From positions 1,215,912 to 1,279,911 of the forward strand of contig CAWHBU010000002.1 of the NCBI GenBank assembly GCA_963827685.1: a stretch of DNA of 64,000 bases, in the 5' to 3' direction. Source of the DNA: an uncultured delta proteobacterium (GTDB taxonomy: Bacteria; Desulfobacterota; BSN033; UBA1163). This document shows positions 56,586-64,000 of this stretch, piece by piece. The notes under the pieces are model-generated. The model saw nothing but the letters and a program-made list of their open reading frames with translations. It searched no databases and was not told the origin of the DNA. The translations under genes and the position numbers were made by a program. The stretch's first letter is position 1. Each line of letters opens with the position of its first letter.

Positions 56586-56765
56586 ATGACAACATCATTG
56601 CAAAAGAGTCAACTAAAGCGGAGCAACATTCTGAAGAAAATCAAAGTTGAGGGTAACGTGGATGAGAGGCAGGAGATAATTGTTTGCTACGAAACTGCCA
56701 CTCTAAAATGGAAAGGATTCGAATCCCGCATGGCGATATGGAATAAAATTTACGAACGGGTCTAA
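56586..56765 (+). CDS. Small hypothetical protein
   Basis: GGGAGG RBS before ATG 56586; 59 aa. Confidence 0.45.
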   Translation: MTTSLQKSQLKRSNILKKIKVEGNVDERQEIIVCYETATLKWKGFESRMAIWNKIYERV

Positions 56766-56784
56766 CGAGCAAGGGAAAATTGGT

Positions 56785-56985
56785 ATGAAGGCTTTCCATA
56801 ACGAGGTGAGAGATCGCTCAGAAATTCCCTGCGAAGGCAATTGCCCGTATTTGGTTGTTACGGATACTTTGAACTGCCGAAAAGATTCAGAAGGCGTAGT
56901 AGACATGGAAGAAGTCCGAGATACAGGCGAATGTCCGTTTTGGCCGCAAGAAAAAAGGGAAATCGGGCGAACTAGGGTGGGATAG
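56785..56985 (+). CDS. Small Cys-containing hypothetical protein
   Basis: CEGNCPY...C...CPFW. Confidence 0.45.
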   Translation: MKAFHNEVRDRSEIPCEGNCPYLVVTDTLNCRKDSEGVVDMEEVRDTGECPFWPQEKREIGRTRVG

Positions 56986-57107
56986 AACTCATGATCAAAA
57001 AGGCAGATGGAGGACAAGGCCTTAAGGAAGTTGAAGCATTCCAGTCGGGCCGGTAAACTAAGAAGTTTCATCGAGCACTAAAAGAATCCTAAATAGGGAG
57101 AACAACC

Positions 57108-57422
57108 ATGAATATTTATGTTGGAAATCTATCGTATGATGTATCAGAGGAAAATCTTCGGCAGGCTTTTGAATCCTTCGGCCAAGTAACCTCGGCAAGA
57201 ATTATCAAAGACAAGTACAGTGGCCAGTCCCGCGGGTTTGGTTTTGTAGAAATGCTTGAGCAGACACAGGCTCAAGCGGCGATTAAGAGCCTTAACGGGA
57301 AGGAACTCCTGGGCAAACAGATGAGTGTGAATGAGGCACGTCCTCGCGCCAACCCGGGAAATTCCGGTAGGCAAGGTGGTCATCAAGGGCGACCGGGTTA
57401 CGGTGGCAGAAGGCCTTATTGA
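57108..57422 (+). CDS. RRM (RNP-1) RNA-binding protein with Gly-rich tail
   Basis: IYVGNL (RNP2), SRGFGFVEM (RNP1), VNEARPR. Confidence 0.95.
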   Translation: MNIYVGNLSYDVSEENLRQAFESFGQVTSARIIKDKYSGQSRGFGFVEMLEQTQAQAAIKSLNGKELLGKQMSVNEARPRANPGNSGRQGGHQGRPGYGGRRPY

Positions 57423-57478
57423 TTCAGTTGTCTCCCATTCTCTGAACCGGGCATTGGAAAGAGGCTAAATTGGCACAG

Positions 57479-57636
57479 ATGAGAAGGCACGGGAGGTTTC
57501 ATGGTTCAAAACCAAGCCGTTCAAGCCGCCCTAAGTCCTATAAATTGTTTGTGCGGGTTGCGGAAAGGAAGTAGCCGTCCAGATTCCCCCACCAAATGAC
57601 AAAAAACTATTGTGCCTGGAGTGCTTCAAAAAATAG
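57479..57636 (+). pseudogene. CxxC-x17-CxxC zinc-ribbon protein, frameshifted (one A missing at about 57542)
   Basis: MRRHGRFHGSKPSRSSRPKSYK then, in another frame, IVCAGCGKEVAVQIPPPNDKKLLCLECFKK*; exactly 17 residues between the CxxC pairs. Confidence 0.7.
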
Positions 57637-58405
57637 AGATCTCCTCTATGAGAGAAGAATTTCATTTTTAACCCTCCAAGATTCAATGGTAAGAAATGTG
57701 CTCATTATCACTACTGTGGCCGATAGTGGAGAGCCCACATTGGCAACGGTTACATATATATCGGTATTCCCACGATAGGGGTCATAAGTGGTCTGGTAAT
57801 CAATATCGGACAAGTATTTTGCTCCGATGAAAGTCAGTATCTTTGGAGTCTCGATCACAAGATCCACAGCATGTCTGAGAAGCTCTGCAATAAATCTCTT
57901 TATCTCATCGTCACTGCCGACCGTTCGGCTTGGGGCAACTACATCCGACGGAGCCAGATGTCTGCGGCGAAGTGCACGACCATGCCAAGAGGGGCTAGAA
58001 GGCACACAAGAGCAATTGGGACGTCGGTTCTCGCGATCGATCCGAAGTAGACGGCGATCGATGCGACAGCTAGCATCAGGACGATGAAGCTGTTCCTGGC
58101 TGTCTTGTCGGCAATTGCCTGTGTCCGTCGCGCCGCACCGCTGCCGGCCTCGGCGCCTGGTAGCTTTCCTGCCCCTGCTTGGGGTGCGTTGTAGGTCAGA
58201 ACTGTCATTCACGGATAGGATTGTGTATGCTGGTGATGGCCGCCTGGAGGACGGCACAGGGTCGCGCGAGGAAGGGGATTCGCCTCTTAGGCCAGCGACG
58301 CCACAAGACGATATACTGGTGGCGACTGTGTCCAAGATTCCCACCCGGTGAAATTCTTCGCGATGCCTAGGAACTTAGACCCAGGGGTGATACAAGGACG
58401 AAAAT

Positions 58406-61400
58406 ATGGAAGCAGGCACCGTCATAGGCTACTTCGCAGAACGAGATGAAGCTCTTAGATCTCTACGGGAGTTGCAGAGAAGGGCCTTCCGCCGCGCCGC
58501 ATTGGTGCACAAGACCGCGGACGGAGAGGTACATATAAGGGACCCCTTCCTTTGGCGCCGTGCTCTCGGGGCGACCTTGACTGCCATTCTTTTCGGGGGC
58601 CTTGCCAGCGTTGCGTCCCTGGTCCTCCACTGGCCGGTGCCGATTCTGAGCGGAAGCCTTTCCACCCTGGTTTCGGTCTTTGTGGGTGGATTTATCGGAA
58701 CCCTATTCGGTGGGGTGTGGATACGACGATCGAAGTACGGTGTCAAACGAAGGCTGCTTGAGGATCACGCACGTTGGTTGGTGTCCAAGGAGACCGTCCT
58801 GATCCTCCAGGCGCCGATTGAAACACTGCGGTTCCCAGTGGCGGTACTTCGAGAAAGCGGCGACATCCCGCCCGCAGTCTTCGTCCTGCATCCGAAGCGC
58901 GAGAATCCAATTGGAGATGTGCGAAGCCCTGGGGTGCCGCTCTCTCCGATGCAGATCCAGGAGCATGCCCAGCGCCTGGCCATGGACCACGAAGTGGACC
59001 CAAGGCCGCGGCGGAACGCTGAGCTGCTGAGGCGGGTCGAAAACGCCCATCAATGGATCCATCAGGTATGCTTGGATCTCTCCGAAGCGAGTCGACTGGA
59101 ACAGGGTGCGCCTCCGACCGCCGAGTGGATCCTCGATAATGAATACGTCATCGAGAGCAACGCCCGAGACGTGCAGCTGAACCTTCCTCGGCGTTTTTAC
59201 CAGGAGCTGCCGGCACTCGCCAACGGGCCCTACCGGGGTCTGCCATGCATTTACGGTCTAGCGAAGGAACTCGTCTCCTATACGGAATTGCGCCTAGACC
59301 GGGAGAACATCCTTGCATTTATTGAGGCTTATCAATCCGTACGCACGCTGACGATTGGCGAACTCTGGGCTGTCCCCCAGATGCTGCGCATCGCATTGAT
59401 TGAGAGCATCCGGGATCTTGCCGCCAGCGCTCTGACCGAGCTGCGGGAGGGTGAGATCGCCGACTTCTGGGCGAACAGGCTCATTACGGCCAACCGGCGA
59501 GACCCCAAACAGCTCTTCACTATCCTGGCAGAACTTGCTGCGACCCAACCCGGCCCGAGCCCCTATTTCGCTACTCAACTGGTCGATCATCTCTACGACG
59601 AAGACGCCGCGCTGGTGCCGGTCCAGAGCTGGCTGGAGCGCACTTACCGCAAGTCCCTGAGCGAGCTCAACCTGCGTGAGCAAAACCGCCAGACGAAGGA
59701 TCAGATATCGATCGGGAATGCATTTACCAGCTTGCGACATCTCGCCCTGTTGGATTGGAGAGGGATCTTCGAGCGTCTCAGCCGCGTGGAGCGGTTGCTT
59801 CGATTCGATCCATCCGGCGTTTATTCCAAGATGGATTTCGACACACGCGATCGGTATCGCCGTGCGATTGAAGAACTCGCGCGTCGGTCCGGTCAGGCGG
59901 AAGACCAGGTCGCCCAACGCGCCATCGAGCTATCTACGCAAGCCGCACGTGAAGCGGCGGAAGATGACCGGTGGATCCACGTCGGGACTTATCTGGTGGG
60001 TGAAGGAAGGCGCGAGCTTGCGCGGCTCCTCGGTTGCCATGAGGCGCCACGTTTCCGCGTCCTGCAGCGGGTATACCGCCATCATTCTGCAGTGTACTTT
60101 CTTGGGCTCAGCCTCTTCTCCGCTGTATCCATCTCCCTGATCGTCCTGTTGGGTCTGCGCGGACAGACGCCCGGGATCCGGCTTGTGATCGCCCTCCTTT
60201 TGCTGATCCCCGTCAGCCAACTCGCGCTCGAGGTTTTGAATTACCTCGTCATGCGGCTACTTCCACCCCGAGCCCTTCCAAAGATGAATTTTGAGGTTTC
60301 GGGCATTCCTGACGCATTTCGAACGTTGGTCGTTGTGCCCATGATGCTGGTAGACGCGGAGACGATCCAGGCAGAGGTGGAGAAGTTAGAAATCCGGTAC
60401 CTGGCCAACAAAGAAGGCAATCTGCTCTTCAGCCTCTTCACGGACTACACCGATTCGAATCAGGCGTATCGTGAGGACGACGAAAGACTGCTTCAGACTG
60501 TGACCGAGAGCGTCGAAGCTCTCAACCATCGGTATGGTGGTGAGCGTTTCTTCCTTTTCCATCGGAACCGCACCTGGAGTGAATCCGAGCAGAAATTCAT
60601 CGGTTGGGAACGCAAACGCGGGAAGATAGAAGAACTCAATCGTCTGATCGATGGAACGCGCCCTGAAGATGCCGATCGTTTAGTATACGCCGGCGACCCG
60701 GATCATCTGTCCAATGTGAGGTTCGTCATCACGTTGGACAGCGACACACAGCTGCCTCTCGGCACTGCCCGCAGGATGATCGAGACTCTGGCACACCCTC
60801 TCAACCAGCCGCGCTTCGATGCCGCAGGCAGGATCCTCGCCGGCTCTTACACCATCATCCAACCGCGCGTGAGCCCAACGCTTCCGAGCACGAGTGGTTC
60901 GCCTTTCAGCAGACTCTTCGCAGACGCGGTCGGAATTGACCCATACACCAAGGCCGTTTCCGATGTCAATCAGGATCTCGCTGGTGAAGGCTCCTACCAT
61001 GGCAAGGGTATCTATGATGTGCGCGCCTTCAGTCGGGTGCTGTCTGGGAGGTTTCCTGAAGAGTGGTTGCTGAGTCATGACTTGATTGAAGGCGCTCATG
61101 TCCGAGTGGGCCTGGCCAGTGATATTGAGCTCTATGATGAGTTCCCGCAGGGTTACCTAAGCTACACCCGCCGGCAACATCGTTGGATTCGCGGTGATTG
61201 GCAAATCGCGGATTGGATTTTGCCGTGGGTTCCCAAGCCTGGAGGACGGCGAGTGCCAAACCCGCTCTCCTGGTTCGACCGTTGGAAGGTTTTCGACAAC
61301 TTGCGCCGGAGCCTGATACCCACGACCAGCCTGGGCTTGCTCATAGCCTCCTGGCTGACTTCTCCTCAGATGGGGTGGATCTCTACGCTTGTGATCGCCA

Positions 61401-64000
61401 TGCAGTTGCTCTTCCACCCTTTCGCGCAGCCCTTCACCATGGCGACCACTCGCCAGGGGCTCAAGAGTTTCTCCTTCTCGAAGGTGGCGCACGACCTGCT
61501 GCGGACGGTTGCTGATGCGGCGTTGCTTGTGCACCAGGCCGGGCTGGCTCTGGATGCCATTCTGCGGGTCTGGTATCGCCGCCTCATCTCTCACCGCGGG
61601 TTGCTCGAATGGACTTCGGCCCAGGTGACTCATAAGGGTGCCCCGCGCCGGCAGCCATGGTTTGTAGCTTCTTTGGGCCTGGCGAGCCTATTCAGTGGGA
61701 TCATGGGTTGGGCGGTGCAGCGCTGGATGCCGTCCAGCCTTGCGATGGCCAGCCCCTGGCTCGTCTTGTGGTTCCTATCCCCTCTGATCGGCTGGTTCTT
61801 AAACCTCCGACCGCAGGCGAAGCAAAAGCAACTCCTGCTGCCTCAAAGGGATCTGCGGTTCCTGAGGCAGGTGGCACGACAAACCTGGCGCTATTTCTCA
61901 GACTTTGTCAGTGATGATACGTCTTGGCTTCCACCCGACAACTACCAGGTCTCCCCTCAGAACCGACTGGCGAGGCGTACCAGTCCAACCAACATCGGTC
62001 TCTGGATGCTCAGCGCACTATCCGCGCATGATTTCGGGTATATGACGGTGGATCAGGTCGTCGAAAAACTGGCCCATACCATGGAGACGATCGGCAAACT
62101 GGAGCGCTATGAGGGCCATCTGCTGAATTGGTACGATGTTCAAACCCTGATCCCTCTCGAACCTCGCTATGTGTCCGCCGTAGACAGCGGAAACCTGCTG
62201 GGTGCCCTATGGTCACTGGAGCACGGACTGGACGAGCTGATTCAGAGACCCGTCTTGGATGGGAAAGCTTTTGAAGGCCTGCGGGATACCGGGGAAATCC
62301 TGAAACAAGTCGTCGAACAGGAAGGCATTTCGGGTCTAGATGCCCACGCTCTCGACGCACTGATGCGCCCGTGGAAAACCCCGCCGGCTCGCATCGCCGA
62401 CGTTCTTCGCCTGCTGCGGCGGGTGGAGAGTAGCGTAAGGGCTCTATCCGATGCGGCTCGTGAGTCCACCGAGGTTGAAACGGGAGCGGCTTATTGGGCC
62501 AGGCAGATGGAGGAGCAGGTATCGGCCTGGCTAAGGATCACGGATCGCTATCTCACCTGGATCGAAATCCTCGATGAAAAAAAGGAGGAGGAGATCACGC
62601 CGCTGGGTCTGGAGGCCCTGCTCGCCATCCGCCAGGCTATGTCTCACGCGCCTTCGCTTCTCGATCTTGCCAACGGGCGCATCGGCTGTATTCCGATCCT
62701 CCAATCGATCCGCGAGCAGGCTCCACCAGCCGCTCACCCCCTCTTCGAATGGCTTGACCGCCTGATGGAGTCCTTCGCCAGGTCGCGATGGCTGGCCGGT
62801 GAAATCCTGGGTTTGGGCGAGCGGCTTATCCAGGACGGACGCGGGTTATCCGAATCGATCAATATGCGCTTCTTGTATGACCCCGAACGACGGTTGTTCT
62901 CAATTGGCTACAACGTTTCCGAAGGCCGCTTGGATAGCGCCTACTACGATCTCCTGGCGAGTGAGGCGCGGCTTGGGAGTTTCGTCGCCATCGCTCGGGG
63001 TGATGTCCCGGTTGAGCATTGGTTCTCCATGAGTCGACCCTACGGTGCAATCGGTCGGCGCCGAGTGCTGCTCAGTTGGACCGGGACCATGTTCGAATAT
63101 CTGATGCCGCTGATTTTCCAACGCTCCCAGGAAAACTCGCTCCTGGATAAAGCGGCGAGGGAAGCGGTGGCGATCCATATTGCCTACGGCCGCCAGCGTC
63201 GTGTGCCGTGGGGGATCTCGGAGTCTGCCTTTGGAGATCTGGACCTCAACAAGACCTACCAATATAAGGCCTTTGGCGTACCGGAGCTCGGATTGAAGCG
63301 CGGCTTGGAGGAAAAAGTCGTCGTCTCACCCTATGCCACCCTTCTGGCGCTCAACATTGCGCCGAGAGAGACCGTGCAGAATCTGAAACGACTGGCCGGC
63401 CTGGGGCTGTTGAACGATTACGGCTACTATGAAGCGATAGACTTCAGCCGTCAACCGAGTCGTGAGGGTGAGCGTGGGGTGATCATTCAAGCCTACCTGG
63501 CGCATCATCAAGGCATGGGTTTCCTGTCACTGACCAACTTCCTCCATGGCAATCCTATCCAGCGCGATTTCTATGCCGACGCACGCGTGCGCGCCGTTGA
63601 GCCCCTGCTCTATGAACGCATCCCGATCCTGTCTCCGCTGCACCACATCTCCACGCGAGAAAGAATGTCTTTGCCGGAGAGCGTCGGCGAAGTCGCCCCA
63701 TCGGTGAGCAAATTCGATACCCCCCATACGAGCACGCCCAAAACCCAACTCCTTTGCAATGGTTGCTATGGCTTGATGATCACGAACGCAGGCGGGGGAT
63801 ACAGTCGGTGGGGCAACTTTGAGATCACACGCTGGAGGTCGGATCGGACTCAGGATCCGTGGGGAACCTTCTGCTACATCCATGAGGCTGACTCGGATCG
63901 ATTGTGGTCCAACACGTATCACCCAGTCGGCGGGAAGGTTGAGGCGTACTCCGCCAACTTCACGCTCGACCGTGCCGTGTTTCGGCGCGCTGATAACGGC
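58406..64000 (+). CDS. Cyclic beta-1,2-glucan synthase (Cgs/NdvB/ChvB-like), truncated by the window end
   Basis: Same frame at start and end with motifs EWILDNEY, LTIGELWAVP, GWERKRGK, ITLDSDT, GEGSYHGKG, SHDLIEG, RQHRWIRGDW, LPPDNYQ, YDLLASEARL, SWTGTMFEY, PWGISES, HHQGM; visibly more GC-rich. Confidence 0.92.
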   Translation, partial: MEAGTVIGYFAERDEALRSLRELQRRAFRRAALVHKTADGEVHIRDPFLWRRALGATLTAILFGGLASVASLVLHWPVPILSGSLSTLVSVFVGGFIGTLFGGVWIRRSKYGVKRRLLEDHARWLVSKETVLILQAPIETLRFPVAVLRESGDIPPAVFVLHPKRENPIGDVRSPGVPLSPMQIQEHAQRLAMDHEVDPRPRRNAELLRRVENAHQWIHQVCLDLSEASRLEQGAPPTAEWILDNEYVIESNARDVQLNLPRRFYQELPALANGPYRGLPCIYGLAKELVSYTELRLDRENILAFIEAYQSVRTLTIGELWAVPQMLRIALIESIRDLAASALTELREGEIADFWANRLITANRRDPKQLFTILAELAATQPGPSPYFATQLVDHLYDEDAALVPVQSWLERTYRKSLSELNLREQNRQTKDQISIGNAFTSLRHLALLDWRGIFERLSRVERLLRFDPSGVYSKMDFDTRDRYRRAIEELARRSGQAEDQVAQRAIELSTQAAREAAEDDRWIHVGTYLVGEGRRELARLLGCHEAPRFRVLQRVYRHHSAVYFLGLSLFSAVSISLIVLLGLRGQTPGIRLVIALLLLIPVSQLALEVLNYLVMRLLPPRALPKMNFEVSGIPDAFRTLVVVPMMLVDAETIQAEVEKLEIRYLANKEGNLLFSLFTDYTDSNQAYREDDERLLQTVTESVEALNHRYGGERFFLFHRNRTWSESEQKFIGWERKRGKIEELNRLIDGTRPEDADRLVYAGDPDHLSNVRFVITLDSDTQLPLGTARRMIETLAHPLNQPRFDAAGRILAGSYTIIQPRVSPTLPSTSGSPFSRLFADAVGIDPYTKAVSDVNQDLAGEGSYHGKGIYDVRAFSRVLSGRFPEEWLLSHDLIEGAHVRVGLASDIELYDEFPQGYLSYTRRQHRWIRGDWQIADWILPWVPKPGGRRVPNPLSWFDRWKVFDNLRRSLIPTTSLGLLIASWLTSPQMGWISTLVIAMQLLFHPFAQPFTMATTRQGLKSFSFSKVAHDLLRTVADAALLVHQAGLALDAILRVWYRRLISHRGLLEWTSAQVTHKGAPRRQPWFVASLGLASLFSGIMGWAVQRWMPSSLAMASPWLVLWFLSPLIGWFLNLRPQAKQKQLLLPQRDLRFLRQVARQTWRYFSDFVSDDTSWLPPDNYQVSPQNRLARRTSPTNIGLWMLSALSAHDFGYMTVDQVVEKLAHTMETIGKLERYEGHLLNWYDVQTLIPLEPRYVSAVDSGNLLGALWSLEHGLDELIQRPVLDGKAFEGLRDTGEILKQVVEQEGISGLDAHALDALMRPWKTPPARIADVLRLLRRVESSVRALSDAARESTEVETGAAYWARQMEEQVSAWLRITDRYLTWIEILDEKKEEEITPLGLEALLAIRQAMSHAPSLLDLANGRIGCIPILQSIREQAPPAAHPLFEWLDRLMESFARSRWLAGEILGLGERLIQDGRGLSESINMRFLYDPERRLFSIGYNVSEGRLDSAYYDLLASEARLGSFVAIARGDVPVEHWFSMSRPYGAIGRRRVLLSWTGTMFEYLMPLIFQRSQENSLLDKAAREAVAIHIAYGRQRRVPWGISESAFGDLDLNKTYQYKAFGVPELGLKRGLEEKVVVSPYATLLALNIAPRETVQNLKRLAGLGLLNDYGYYEAIDFSRQPSREGERGVIIQAYLAHHQGMGFLSLTNFLHGNPIQRDFYADARVRAVEPLLYERIPILSPLHHISTRERMSLPESVGEVAPSVSKFDTPHTSTPKTQLLCNGCYGLMITNAGGGYSRWGNFEITRWRSDRTQDPWGTFCYIHEADSDRLWSNTYHPVGGKVEAYSANFTLDRAVFRRADNG

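Noticed and set aside
57646-58344. 232-aa minus-strand ORF and the nested 89-aa ORF (57939-58208)
   Set aside because: The long ORF spans a composition boundary and reads as low-complexity; the 89-aa two-TM ORF is possible but has no supporting motif.
58429-63922. Numerous short ORFs on both strands
   Set aside because: Shadow frames of the GC-rich glucan synthase ORF, which the track omitted because it has no stop in the window.

Overview
Chromosomal segment from what is most likely an anaerobic deltaproteobacterium (Desulfobacterota-like; inferred from sigma54/NtrC regulation, CbcL-like cytochromes, rubrerythrin and AOR/XDH enzymes). Left to right: 5' end of gap; hypothetical and radical SAM genes; a CstA / small protein / two-ArsA(Get3)-ATPase operon in which one ATPase has a natural switch-I Asp->Asn change; housekeeping genes (DapA-family aldolase, rubrerythrin, ubiE/menG, rimI); a hybrid histidine kinase split by a -1 frameshift; a lytic transglycosylase; a sigma54-driven module of two paralogous membrane peptides, a pseudo-receiver, an 11-heme cytochrome c and a cytochrome b; a ~21 kb AT-richer catabolic block (GntR, CoxG, XDH-family molybdoenzyme, two Liv-type ABC importers, an atypical metallo-beta-lactamase-fold hydrolase, AOR, MoaD, cNMP-domain-AspA fusion) bounded by an IS1202-family (ISNCY) element with 16-bp target duplication; a fused 9-heme CbcL-like protein; an ECF transporter; a promoter-terminator leader ahead of a small-protein/RRM/zinc-ribbon cluster; and the 5' part of a GC-rich cyclic beta-1,2-glucan synthase gene. 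Intergenic regions are crowded with degenerate 7-9-nt tandem repeats, REP-like palindromes and ~200-nt GC-rich structured elements. No rRNA, tRNA or CRISPR array was seen. All calls come from motif recognition by eye; no searches or folding were run.
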